A stretch of 64,000 nt of DNA from an uncultured Anaerolineales bacterium (GTDB lineage Bacteria; Chloroflexota; Anaerolineae; Anaerolineales; UBA4823), in NCBI GenBank assembly GCA_937928795.1, contig CALFWB010000042.1, forward strand, positions 15,483 through 79,482, given 5' to 3'. Positions 26,060-35,178 of the stretch are shown here, piece by piece. The notes below the pieces were generated by a model. It searched no databases. It was not told where the DNA came from and saw only the letters and a program-made list of their open reading frames with translations. Both the position numbers and the translations under genes were made by a program. Positions within the stretch are counted from its first letter, which is position 1; every line of letters begins with the position of its first letter.

Positions 26060-26823
26060 TCGTCGAATACCATCGCCCCCAAACCTTGCCTGAGGCGGTA
26101 AATTTACTGCGCCGCAAACAAGTGTTGACTCAACCGCTGGGCGGCGGCACAGCGATTGACTTCAAAGCCGATCAACCCATCGCCGTAGTGGATTTACAAG
26201 CCTTAGGTTTAGACACCATCGAACGACAAGGGCATCTGATCCACATTGGCGCCACGGTGACCTTGCAACAGTTGATGGAATTCCCCGACTTAGCGCCGGC
26301 TTTGGTCGGCGCTATTCGCCATCAAGCCACTTATAACCTGCGCCACCAAGCTACCGTGGGTGGAAGTTTAGCCAGCGCCGATGGGCGTTCGCCCTTTGGC
26401 GTGGCGATGTTAGCCCTGGATGCGCAACTCAAGCTCTTGCCGGATGAGCGCACCCTGAGCTACGGCGATTTGTTAGCTTTGCGGGATGAATTTCTGCCCG
26501 GCAACTTGATCACCCAGGTTACGCTCAATTTGCAGGTGGAGCTGTGTTACGAATTCGTTGCCCGTACGCCGGCCGATCTGCCGATTGTGTGTGCTGCTTT
26601 AGCTCGCTGGCCCTCCGGGCGACTACGCCTTGCGCTGGGTGGATGGGGCAAAGTGCCCACTTTAGTTCTTGACGGTCAAGGGGCTGAAGGGCTTCGCCCG
26701 GCAGCCCAAGCAGCCTTTAGCAACGCCGCCGATGAATGGGCGAGCGCAGCCTATCGCAGCCAGATCGCCGGCATCTTGGCTCAGCGCTGTTGGCAACGTC
26801 TCCTCACAGATAAGGAGGGCTAA
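26056..26823 (+). CDS. Xanthine dehydrogenase/CO dehydrogenase-family FAD-binding subunit (CoxM/XdhB-like)
   Basis: 255 aa with GGGTAI.. and ATVGGSLA motifs of the PCMH-type FAD domain. ATGA overlap with the thioesterase. Confidence 0.85.
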   Translation: MIVEYHRPQTLPEAVNLLRRKQVLTQPLGGGTAIDFKADQPIAVVDLQALGLDTIERQGHLIHIGATVTLQQLMEFPDLAPALVGAIRHQATYNLRHQATVGGSLASADGRSPFGVAMLALDAQLKLLPDERTLSYGDLLALRDEFLPGNLITQVTLNLQVELCYEFVARTPADLPIVCAALARWPSGRLRLALGGWGKVPTLVLDGQGAEGLRPAAQAAFSNAADEWASAAYRSQIAGILAQRCWQRLLTDKEG

Positions 26824-26825
26824 GA

Positions 26826-29800
26826 ATGGAAATCTCGTTACTCGTCAATCAACAACAACATACCCTTCAGGTTGCGCCGCACGAGACCCTCCTGAGCGTT
26901 CTACGCCGTTTGGGTTATTTTGGCGTAAAGTTTGGCTGTGATACGGGTGAATGTGGCGTATGTGCCGTCCTCGTGGATGGTAAGCCGATGAATTCCTGCC
27001 GCCTTTTAGCCGCTCAAGCCGAAGGTCATATCATCGAAACCATCGAGTCGCTGGGCGAACATCCTCAGCAAGGCTGGAAGCAAACCGCAGGCTTGCACGC
27101 CCTGCAAGAAGCCTTCATCGAAAGCGGCGCCATTCAATGCGGTTATTGCACCCCTGCTCAGATTCTGGCTGCCTATCATTTACTCGAAAACAACCCCAAT
27201 CCGAGTGAAGCCGAAGTGCGCGATGCCCTATCGGGCGTCTTGTGCCGCTGCACCGGTTATCTCAAGCCAGTTGAGGCCGTCTTGCGCGCCGCTGCTTTGC
27301 TGCGCGGCGAAGCGGTGCCACCCCTAGCCTTTGGTGATCGTGAGCTATTGAGTTTACCCTTAGTCCCCGAAGCCCCATCCGAGGGAGAGAGCGGACTCGA
27401 TCTTTCCGGTGGTGCTGGGCGTGTCCAGACCAAAATCCTGCCCAAGGTGATCTTCTCCCCTCAGATTCCGCAACATCAACGCGTCGGCAAACCGGAAAAG
27501 AAAGTAGACGCGGTCAAGCTCGCTCAAGGCAAAGCGGCTTTCGCAGCCGATTTCGAGATGCGCGGCTTGTTACACGCCAAAGTACTGCGCAGCCCGTATG
27601 CCCATGCGCGCATCAAGCGGATTGACTCCTCGCGCGCCAAAGCCCTGCCGGGGGTGGCTGCCGTTCTCACCTGGCAGGATATTCCCCGCGTAGCTTATTC
27701 CACCGCCGGTCAGTCTGACCCAATTCCAGGCCCTCTCGATACCTTCTCGTTGGATAACAAGGTGCGTTTTGTGGGCGATCGGGTGGCATTTGTGGCGGCT
27801 GAGACGCCGGAAATTGCCGAGCAAGCCCTCAAGCTGATCGATGTCGAGTACGAACCCTTGCCGGCCATTTTCGACCCGGCTGAAGCGCTGTCTCCAAACG
27901 CCGTGCGCATCCACGATGAACCTGAATACGTCAATTTTGCCGAGTCGGATCCGAGCCGCAACCTCGCTGCTCGTATTCATATTGACATCGGCGATGTTGA
28001 AAAAGGCTTTGCCGAAGCCGATATGATCTTCGAGGGCGATTACGAAGTGCCCAAGGTGCAGCAAGCGCACCTAGAGCCGCATGTCGCCCTCAGCTATTGG
28101 GATGCAGATGACCGATTGGTAATCCGCACCAGCACCCAAGTGCCCTTCCATGCGCGGCGCATTTTAGCCCCCGTGCTGGGCTTGCCGGTGAAGCGCATCC
28201 GTGTGATCAAACCGCGCATTGGCGGCGGGTTTGGCGGCAAGCAAGAAGTCCTCATCGAAGATGTAGCTGCCCATTTGACCATTGCCACCGGCCGCCCAGT
28301 GCTTTATGTGACGACCCGCGAGGAGGAGTTTATCGCCGCTCGCTCGCGCCATCCCATGCGTATCCATCTCAAGACCGGCGTCAAAAAAGACGGCACGATC
28401 ACGGCAAACGCCATGCGCGTCCTCTCGGATACGGGCGCTTATGGCTGCCATGCGCTAACCGTGACCGGCAACACCGGGCATAAATCCATGGCGCTGTACG
28501 TGGGTGATGGAGAATACCGTAAAAGCCCTAACATCCAGTTTCATGCTGATATTGTCTATACCAATCACCCCCCGTCTGGCGCTTACCGCGGCTACGGAGT
28601 GCCGCAGGGATTCTGGCCTGTTGAGCGCCACATGGAAAAAATCGCCCGGGCTCTGAACATGGACCCGCTTGAGTTTCGCTTGAAGAACGCCCTACGCGCC
28701 GGTGAGTTGCATCCCTTCAGCACGGCGTGGAGCGAAGGGCGCGAACCCCGCCCGGAGATCATCCAGACCTGCGGTTTGGAAGAGTGCGTCCGTCAGGGTA
28801 AAGCCGCCATCGGTTGGGATCAAAAGTTCGGTAATCCAGAATGGCAGGTTGTGCCGGGCAAGCCGCACCTGCGCCGCGGCATCGGCGTAGCGCTGGTGAT
28901 GCAAGGGACAGCGATCCCTTATTTGGACATGGGCGGCGCCAGCATCAAAATGAATGACGACGGCTCGTTCAATCTGTTAATTGGCGCCACCGATCTTGGC
29001 ACCGGCTCGGATACGGTCTTAGCGCAGATGGCTGCCGAAGTGCTGGGCGTTGAACTTGAGGATGTGATCGTCTATTCTTCTGATACCGATTTCACGCCCT
29101 TTGACAAAGGTGCCTATGCCTCCAGCACCACCTACATCTCCGGCGCAGCCGTGGTAAAAGCTGCCCAGCAGGTTGCCGAACGCATCCGCCTGCGGGCAGC
29201 AAGAATGCTCAACAAAGGCACTAACGGCAAAGGAGAAGTCAATCCTGAAGCGCTTGTGCTGCGAGAAGGCAAGGTCATTGCCCCTGACGGGCGCAGCGTT
29301 TCGCTGGCAGAGGTTGCCCTCAATGCCTTACACCACGAAGACCAAGAGCAAATCATGGGCGTGGCGTCCTTCTACTCGCCGGTCTCTCCGCCACCGTTTG
29401 CCGCCCAGTTTGCCGAGGTAACCGTGGACATTGAAACGGGTCAGGTGACGGTGGACAAACTGGTGATGGCGGTGGATAGCGGCGTGATTGTCAACCCGCT
29501 GACAGCTTCGGGCCAAATCGAAGGCGGCATGACCCAAGCCCTTGGCTACGCCGTCTGCGAAGAGATGCGTTATGACGATCAGGGGCGCGCCCGCGAGCGC
29601 GATTTGCGCCATTACCACATCTTCCAAGCCCATGAAATGCCCGAACTGGAGACCATCTTTGTCGAAACTTTTGAGCCCTCCCATCCGATGGGCGTCAAGG
29701 CTGTGGCAGAAATCCCGATGGATGGGGTCGCACCGGCGGTGGGCAACGCTGTCTTGGATGCCTGCGGGGTGAACATCGACGACAACCCCATCACGCCGGA

Positions 29801-29849
29801 GAAAGTCTGGCGCGCCCTCCAAGCCCTGCAGCAGGAGCAGACGACATGA
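26826..29849 (+). CDS. Fused [2Fe-2S] + molybdopterin-binding catalytic subunit of an XDH/aldehyde-oxidase-family hydroxylase
   Basis: 1007 aa. The N-terminus has CDTGECGVCAV and QCGYCTPAQI..CRCTGY. It is followed by an Ald_Xan_dh-type domain (KxDAxxKxxGKAxFxxD, GGGFGGK). Confidence 0.92.
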   Translation: MEISLLVNQQQHTLQVAPHETLLSVLRRLGYFGVKFGCDTGECGVCAVLVDGKPMNSCRLLAAQAEGHIIETIESLGEHPQQGWKQTAGLHALQEAFIESGAIQCGYCTPAQILAAYHLLENNPNPSEAEVRDALSGVLCRCTGYLKPVEAVLRAAALLRGEAVPPLAFGDRELLSLPLVPEAPSEGESGLDLSGGAGRVQTKILPKVIFSPQIPQHQRVGKPEKKVDAVKLAQGKAAFAADFEMRGLLHAKVLRSPYAHARIKRIDSSRAKALPGVAAVLTWQDIPRVAYSTAGQSDPIPGPLDTFSLDNKVRFVGDRVAFVAAETPEIAEQALKLIDVEYEPLPAIFDPAEALSPNAVRIHDEPEYVNFAESDPSRNLAARIHIDIGDVEKGFAEADMIFEGDYEVPKVQQAHLEPHVALSYWDADDRLVIRTSTQVPFHARRILAPVLGLPVKRIRVIKPRIGGGFGGKQEVLIEDVAAHLTIATGRPVLYVTTREEEFIAARSRHPMRIHLKTGVKKDGTITANAMRVLSDTGAYGCHALTVTGNTGHKSMALYVGDGEYRKSPNIQFHADIVYTNHPPSGAYRGYGVPQGFWPVERHMEKIARALNMDPLEFRLKNALRAGELHPFSTAWSEGREPRPEIIQTCGLEECVRQGKAAIGWDQKFGNPEWQVVPGKPHLRRGIGVALVMQGTAIPYLDMGGASIKMNDDGSFNLLIGATDLGTGSDTVLAQMAAEVLGVELEDVIVYSSDTDFTPFDKGAYASSTTYISGAAVVKAAQQVAERIRLRAARMLNKGTNGKGEVNPEALVLREGKVIAPDGRSVSLAEVALNALHHEDQEQIMGVASFYSPVSPPPFAAQFAEVTVDIETGQVTVDKLVMAVDSGVIVNPLTASGQIEGGMTQALGYAVCEEMRYDDQGRARERDLRHYHIFQAHEMPELETIFVETFEPSHPMGVKAVAEIPMDGVAPAVGNAVLDACGVNIDDNPITPEKVWRALQALQQEQTT

Positions 29850-30667
29850 CTAGCATCTATGAGGCGATCGTAGAACTGGAGCGTCAGAACCGTCCTGCAG
29901 CCCTCTGCACGGTGGTGCGCAGTCAGGGCTCCACACCGCGCCACACCAGCAGCAAAATGTTGGTTTACCCAGATGGGAGCATTCTCGGCACGGTGGGCGG
30001 CGGAGAAATGGAACGGCGCGTAATCGAAGAAGCCAAGCAAGCCATCCAAGAAGCCCTGCCGCGCTATCTCTCGTACAGCATGACCGACCCAGCCCGCGGC
30101 GATCCGGGCGTGTGTGGCGGACAAGTGGAAATTTATGTTGAGCCGATCAACCCCAAGCCCACGCTGGTTGTCGTGGGGGCAGGGCATGTCGGTAAAGCGG
30201 TCGCCTTTCTGGCACGCTGGCTGGGTTTTCGCGTGGCAATATGGGATGACCGCCCAGAGTTCTGCAACCCCGACTTTATCCCCAACGCCGACGAATACCA
30301 CCTCTGTCCGCTGTCAGAATTGCCCCAACGGATGGAAATTACCCCGTGGCACTATCTGGTGCTGACCACGCGCGGCGCCGATCTCGACGTGCAGGGGTTG
30401 CCAGCGCTCTTGGAAAGCCCGGCCGCTTATATTGGCGTGATCGGCTCCCGTCGCCGTTGGGCAACCACTCGCAAAAGGCTGCTTGAAAACGGAATAAAAG
30501 AGGAATTTTTAGAGCGCGTGATTTCGCCAATGGGATTAGAATTAAACGCCGAGACGCCAGAGGAAATTGCTGTGAGTATCCTAGCGGAGATCATCATGCT
30601 GCGCAATGGCGGTCACGGCGGAAGGATGTTCTTAAAGGTACCGGAAAAATCTATCGAAATGGAGTGA
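29846..30667 (+). CDS. XdhC/CoxI-family Moco insertion accessory protein
   Basis: 273 aa with an XdhC N-domain (ALCTVVRSQGSTPR) and Rossmann-like VVVGAGHVGKA. Confidence 0.88.
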   Translation: MTSIYEAIVELERQNRPAALCTVVRSQGSTPRHTSSKMLVYPDGSILGTVGGGEMERRVIEEAKQAIQEALPRYLSYSMTDPARGDPGVCGGQVEIYVEPINPKPTLVVVGAGHVGKAVAFLARWLGFRVAIWDDRPEFCNPDFIPNADEYHLCPLSELPQRMEITPWHYLVLTTRGADLDVQGLPALLESPAAYIGVIGSRRRWATTRKRLLENGIKEEFLERVISPMGLELNAETPEEIAVSILAEIIMLRNGGHGGRMFLKVPEKSIEME

Positions 30668-30670
30668 ACA

Positions 30671-32122
30671 ATGTGGCAGCATTATGTTAGTGTAACCTCT
30701 CTGGACGAAGCCATCCAAATTTTGGCAAAGGAAAAAGAAAAAGCCCGCATTATTGCTGGCGCAACCGACCTGATCCTCGAGATTGAACGCCAAGTGCGCC
30801 GCGGCATTGAGACCCTGATCGATGTTACCCGCATACCGCAGTTGGATCAAATTCTCTTGGACGAAGATGACGTGATTCACCTTGGCCCCATGGTGACGCA
30901 TAACCACTGCGTTGCCTCGAAGTTGTTGCGAGAACGCGCTTTTCCCTTGGTGGCAGCGGCGTGGGAGGTAGGCGCGCCACAAATCCGTAATCGCGGTACG
31001 GTGGCTGGCAACCTGATCACCGCTTCACCAGCCAACGACACCATTCCACCCCTGATGGCTTTGAATGCCAAGGTGACTTTGCTCTCCACCCAAGGCGAAC
31101 GCATCGTGCCGCTGACCGAGTTTTACAAAGGGGTGCGCCAAACCGTCATGCGTCCCGATGAGATGCTGGTGGATATTTCCTTCCCAGCCCTGCAGTCAAA
31201 TCAGCGCGGCACGTTTATCAAACTCGGCTTGCGCAAAGCCCAGGCAATTTCGGTGGTCAATGCGGCTGTGGTCGTAACCTTTGAAGAGGTGCAGCCTTCA
31301 AAGCCCATCTCTGAATGGCGTGTTCAACACGCCGCCATCACCTTGGGGGCGGTGACGCCGATCATCGTCCATGCCGGCGAAGCTGAACAAGCCTTAATCG
31401 GCAAGACCCTCACCGAAGAGACCATCGAAGAAGTTAGCCGTCTTGCCCAGCGCTCAGCGCGCCCAATCGATGATGTGCGCAGTTCGGCCGACTATCGCTA
31501 TGAGATGGTGCGGGTGTGCGTTGCACGGGCGCTGCGCCAGATCGCTCAGGGCGCGGAGACACAAGCGGTGCCTTCTGACCCGGTTTTGCTGTGGGGCAAA
31601 GAGTTTCAGGGGCATGCCCCCGCCCTAGAAGCTTCGGTGGAACATCAACGCCAAGATGAAATTGTCACCACTGTAAATGGGCAAGAATATCGCGTGCGTG
31701 GCGCTTCCCATAAAACCTTGTTGCGTTTTCTGCGGGAAGATGTCGGTCTGACTGGGACAAAAGAAGGCTGCGCCGAAGGCGAATGCGGCGCGTGCACAGT
31801 CTTCTTGGATGGGATAGCCGTCATGTCTTGCCTCGTTCCGGCTCCTCGCGCCCATGGCGCCCAGATTGTGACCATCGAAGGGCTGGCGCAGGGTGAGCAA
31901 CTCCACCCGGTGCAGCGTACCTTTATTGAGGAGGGCGCTGTGCAGTGTGGCTATTGCACGCCCGGCTTTCTGATGTCGGCTGCCAAACTGCTGGAAGAAA
32001 AGCCCCAACCCAGCCGCGAAGACATCCAATGGGCAATTAGCGGCAACCTGTGTCGCTGCACGGGATATTATTCCATCGTGCGCGCCATCGAGAAGGCTGC
32101 CCAAATGACGCAAACGACCTAG
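30671..32122 (+). CDS. Fused FAD-binding (CoxM-like) + [2Fe-2S] (CoxS-like) subunit
   Basis: 483 aa. The N-terminus has IIAGATDLILE and RGTVAGNL. The C-terminus has TVNGQEY..GCAEGECGACTV..QCGYCTPGF..CRCTGY. Confidence 0.9.
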   Translation: MWQHYVSVTSLDEAIQILAKEKEKARIIAGATDLILEIERQVRRGIETLIDVTRIPQLDQILLDEDDVIHLGPMVTHNHCVASKLLRERAFPLVAAAWEVGAPQIRNRGTVAGNLITASPANDTIPPLMALNAKVTLLSTQGERIVPLTEFYKGVRQTVMRPDEMLVDISFPALQSNQRGTFIKLGLRKAQAISVVNAAVVVTFEEVQPSKPISEWRVQHAAITLGAVTPIIVHAGEAEQALIGKTLTEETIEEVSRLAQRSARPIDDVRSSADYRYEMVRVCVARALRQIAQGAETQAVPSDPVLLWGKEFQGHAPALEASVEHQRQDEIVTTVNGQEYRVRGASHKTLLRFLREDVGLTGTKEGCAEGECGACTVFLDGIAVMSCLVPAPRAHGAQIVTIEGLAQGEQLHPVQRTFIEEGAVQCGYCTPGFLMSAAKLLEEKPQPSREDIQWAISGNLCRCTGYYSIVRAIEKAAQMTQTT

Positions 32123-32131
32123 TTCAATCGC

Positions 32132-32164
32132 CCCTCCCGCTTGGTTGCCCGGCGGGAGGGTTTT
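32132..32164 (+). terminator. Intrinsic terminator after the XDH-family cluster
   Basis: ccctcccgc / gcgggaggg arms with an 11-nt loop, then tttt. Confidence 0.65.
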
Positions 32165-32181
32165 GCCGAACAGAGAGACCC

Positions 32182-32568
32182 ATGAGCAAATACGCCCGTT
32201 TCGACCGTCGTCCACCTCCCAAAGAGCGCCCCTGGACGGTGCATCCAATTTGGCGGGGCATTGGCTGCGTACTGTTTGTCATTATCCCGGTCATGTCTTA
32301 TGCCGGGGCAGTGCTCCTCGTTGAGTCAAACCTCCTCAGCCGCTGGATTTTCATGCCCCCCGAACTGATGACGACCGTGCGTCTTCCCTTTGTACCGCTT
32401 CCGCCGATCCCGCACCTTTACGCTAATCTGCTGATTGGGTCAGTGTTGATGGTGCTAGGGTTTGGGGTGCTGACGATTCTATATGCCCTGGTTTTTCGGC
32501 TGAGCGGCGGATCCTCTCTAGGGCCCCTAGATGCGCCACCGGTCTATCGCCAAAGGCGCCGCCGCTAA
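32182..32568 (+). CDS. Small membrane protein of unknown function
   Basis: 128 aa starting MSKYARFDRRPPPKERPW, with two or three TM helices and a basic C-terminus. The longer 32050 ORF start overlaps the previous gene. Confidence 0.55.
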   Translation: MSKYARFDRRPPPKERPWTVHPIWRGIGCVLFVIIPVMSYAGAVLLVESNLLSRWIFMPPELMTTVRLPFVPLPPIPHLYANLLIGSVLMVLGFGVLTILYALVFRLSGGSSLGPLDAPPVYRQRRRR

Positions 32569-32640
32569 GCGTCGTCAATTCACTGCTACTGGATAAAGAC
32601 GTTACCTGCAACGTCTCTATCCATGTGGGTAAGCTGCCGC

Positions 32641-33342
32641 TCAATAAGGGATCCACAGCGGGACACCGTGCATGAGGTAGCCGGCAATGATGGCAAACTG
32701 CGCCAAATGATAGGTTACGGTGACCAGCATTTCACCCGTGCGAATAGGTTGGCTAAATTCATCGTGGGCGAGTATTGAGTCAGAAACGTAAAAAAGGGTT
32801 GCTCCGAGCGCAGCCAGTAGTGCGGCGGGGGCGAGCCAATCGCTGCGCAAGAGGGTATTCAGGGCAGAAGCCAGCATAAGGCTGATCGCAATCATATAGA
32901 CCGTCACGGGCAGCACCAATTTCTGGTTGCTCGGCTTGGTGTTCAAACTTCGAATCAACCGTCCGCCGTTGAAAAAGCCCACCAGCGCAACGACAACGAT
33001 GATTCCCAAAGTAGGCAGCGAAAGCAAAGGGCGTGGTTGGTTAAAGCCGATCACATACGAAACTTGGGCTACCAAGAAGGAGACCAAGCCCCATTGAAAG
33101 AAGTCCGGGCGAGCTTTGAGCAAGCCCTTGAGCAGAAAAATATCCCCGAAGAGCGAAAAGACCAGTCCCACCCCGAAGAACATACCGCTCCCTTGCCAGC
33201 CACCGCTTTGCGTGAACCACACAATCAGCAGGATCAACACAAGTGGCTTGGTGAGATAGCGTAGGCGGTAGAGATCGCGGAAAACTGCATACCAATCCAC
33301 AAGCGCCATGAGAAGGATGAGAAAAAATCCTAAGTTGATCAT
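32641..33342 (-). CDS. YhhN-family (lysoplasmalogenase-like) membrane protein
   Basis: About 233 aa with 7-8 TM helices and a YhhN-like pattern (..LTKPLVL..., F..GDxxL). Start chosen at MINLGF, which has a GGAGGGA RBS. Confidence 0.7.
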   Translation of the reverse strand: MINLGFFLILLMALVDWYAVFRDLYRLRYLTKPLVLILLIVWFTQSGGWQGSGMFFGVGLVFSLFGDIFLLKGLLKARPDFFQWGLVSFLVAQVSYVIGFNQPRPLLSLPTLGIIVVVALVGFFNGGRLIRSLNTKPSNQKLVLPVTVYMIAISLMLASALNTLLRSDWLAPAALLAALGATLFYVSDSILAHDEFSQPIRTGEMLVTVTYHLAQFAIIAGYLMHGVPLWIPY

Positions 33343-33425
33343 GGTGAAGCTCCCTCCGAAATTTAGGTTCATAAGGATTGTAACCGATGTTGAACGTTTA
33401 TGACACACCTAGGAGAGGGGCGTTC

Positions 33426-33499
33426 GCACTCAAAAGTTGTTGGCAACATTGCTGTGTAGGACAACTCAATGAGTTGTCCTACAACTTTTGCGTGGACAC
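33426..33499 (-). repeat. Family A palindromic element, copy 2 (inverted)
   Basis: gcactcaaaagttgttggcaacattgctgtgtaggacaactcaatgagttgtcctacaacttttgcgtggacac. Confidence 0.9.
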
Positions 33500-33610
33500 G
33501 AGAGGGGCTGGGGAGTGAGGGAACCTTTCAAGCAGGCTGAATCTGCAAGAAGCGGTCAAGGGGCAAAAATAACAATTAAGGATTCCTCTGAAACTGACCA
33601 GCTTGGTGTG

Positions 33611-33685
33611 TCACTTCGAGTGCAGCGAGAAGTCTTCTCATCCGAATCGATAAGATTTCTCCTCGCTGCGCGTGTTGAAATGACA
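33611..33685 (+). repeat. Family D inverted-repeat element (MITE-like), copy 1
   Basis: tcacttcgagtgcagcgagaagtc ... gatttctcctcgctgcgcgtgttgaaatgac. The two halves are inverted repeats of each other. Other copies at 39316 and 54955. Confidence 0.8.
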
Positions 33686-33796
33686 AAAGAGTACTGCAAC
33701 CCTGGGCATGAAACTTGCATCACCCGAAGACAGCTTGATTTTCCTCACCAATGAACCCAAAAAAGTCAGCCATTTTTTGCCAACAAGGATATTTTT

Positions 33797-35050
33797 ATGT
33801 ATAATTCTTTCAGTTACGTTATGACCCTGTCTCGTATCCAACATCCTCATCAAAGATTCATCCCGGCGGTTGCCCCTTTCCCCCACGAAGCAATTTTGCT
33901 CGTCACCGAAGCGGGACAAGTCTTGTTTGCCAATCAAAGCGCTGAGGCTGTGCTCGGCATTCCTGTGCAGCGACTGTTTGAGGAACCTTTTCCCTATCCT
34001 CTTGAGGTGAAGCAGTTTCAAACCATCGAACATTCACGCCCAAATGGGGAAATCGTCCAGCTCGAGATCGCTGTCCAAGCGGCTTATAGCACCAATGGAC
34101 AAGTTTACCTCGTAACTCTTCAAGACCTTGAGGCCCGCCGGCAGCGCGAAGGACACCAAAACTTACTTGCTCAGGCGTTTGAAACGACGCCCGAAGGGAT
34201 TTTTATTACCGACGCAGAGGGACGCATCCTGCTCGCCAATCGGTCTTTTACTGAAATTACCGGATACAGTGCTGCGGAAGTGGTCGGTAAAGATGCCCTA
34301 GCGTTTCACTGCGATCAACGGGATGCAGAGTTTTACCACCAGATGTGGCATTCGCTCTCCCTGACCGGCGCTTGGCAAGGGGAAATCTGGAACCGCCGCA
34401 AGGATGGCGAAGTTTACCCAGAGTGGGTAACCATCAGCACAGTAAAAGATGAAAAAGGGCGTATCTCAAACTATATTGCCATCTTTGCGGATATCTCAAC
34501 CCGCAAGCAAGCCGAAGAACGCCTGCGATTTTTGGCGACCCATGATCCCTTAACCCGCTTGCCTAACCGCGAGCTCTTCCACGACCGTTTGGAACAGGCT
34601 CTGATTCGCTCTCGCCGCGCAAAGGCTGGCAATTCCGAAAAGTGGAAGGCAGCCATCTTGTTGTTGGATTTGGATAACTTCAAGGAGATCAACGATACCC
34701 TAGGACATGCTTGGGGAGACCAAGCCCTAGTGGCTGTAGCCGAGCGATTACAAAGCTGTGTGCGCAAAAGCGATTCGATTTCTCGTTTAGGCGGGGATGA
34801 ATTCACCATCCTGTTAGAAGCAATTGCGAATCGAGAAAGCTGCAGCATTGTGGCAAATAAAGTCTTACAGGCGATCGGTCAGCCCTTGGAGTTAGGCGGG
34901 CAGCTCTTTCGACTCAGCGCCAGCATCGGCATTAGCATTTACCCTGACCACGGCGAGGATCGGGAAACGTTGGTCAAACACGCCGATGTGGCAATGTATC
35001 GCGCAAAACAGCAAAAAGGGTGTTTTCGCTTCTTTCAGAGCACCCACTGA
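33797..35050 (+). CDS. PAS-PAS-GGDEF diguanylate cyclase
   Basis: 417 aa with PAS segments and the motif RLGGDEFTILL. The start codon is uncertain. Confidence 0.88.
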   Translation: MYNSFSYVMTLSRIQHPHQRFIPAVAPFPHEAILLVTEAGQVLFANQSAEAVLGIPVQRLFEEPFPYPLEVKQFQTIEHSRPNGEIVQLEIAVQAAYSTNGQVYLVTLQDLEARRQREGHQNLLAQAFETTPEGIFITDAEGRILLANRSFTEITGYSAAEVVGKDALAFHCDQRDAEFYHQMWHSLSLTGAWQGEIWNRRKDGEVYPEWVTISTVKDEKGRISNYIAIFADISTRKQAEERLRFLATHDPLTRLPNRELFHDRLEQALIRSRRAKAGNSEKWKAAILLLDLDNFKEINDTLGHAWGDQALVAVAERLQSCVRKSDSISRLGGDEFTILLEAIANRESCSIVANKVLQAIGQPLELGGQLFRLSASIGISIYPDHGEDRETLVKHADVAMYRAKQQKGCFRFFQSTH

Positions 35051-35178
35051 CCCTCTTGAAGAACATCCAGCTCAATCGCAGGCAAAAGGCATCTCATCAC
35101 CTAAGGCGTCCTAAAAGCAAAGAGAAAGCGTGCCATAAGGGGTAAAAGCAGAGAAAAAGCCCTGTCTGCAAGCGGTTC

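Noticed and set aside
29612-30301. 229-aa antisense ORF. Similar cases are 6152-6706 (-), 19126-19608 (-), 19672-20172 (-), 27570-28070 (-), 29328-29822 (-), 31625-32248 (-), 39303-39830 (-), 40455-41150 (+), 41464-41958 (+) and 11318-11785 (-).
   Set aside because: Each lies opposite or out of frame within a strongly supported gene with clear family motifs. They are Arg/Gly/Ala-rich with no recognisable domains, the typical shadow ORFs of GC-rich coding DNA.
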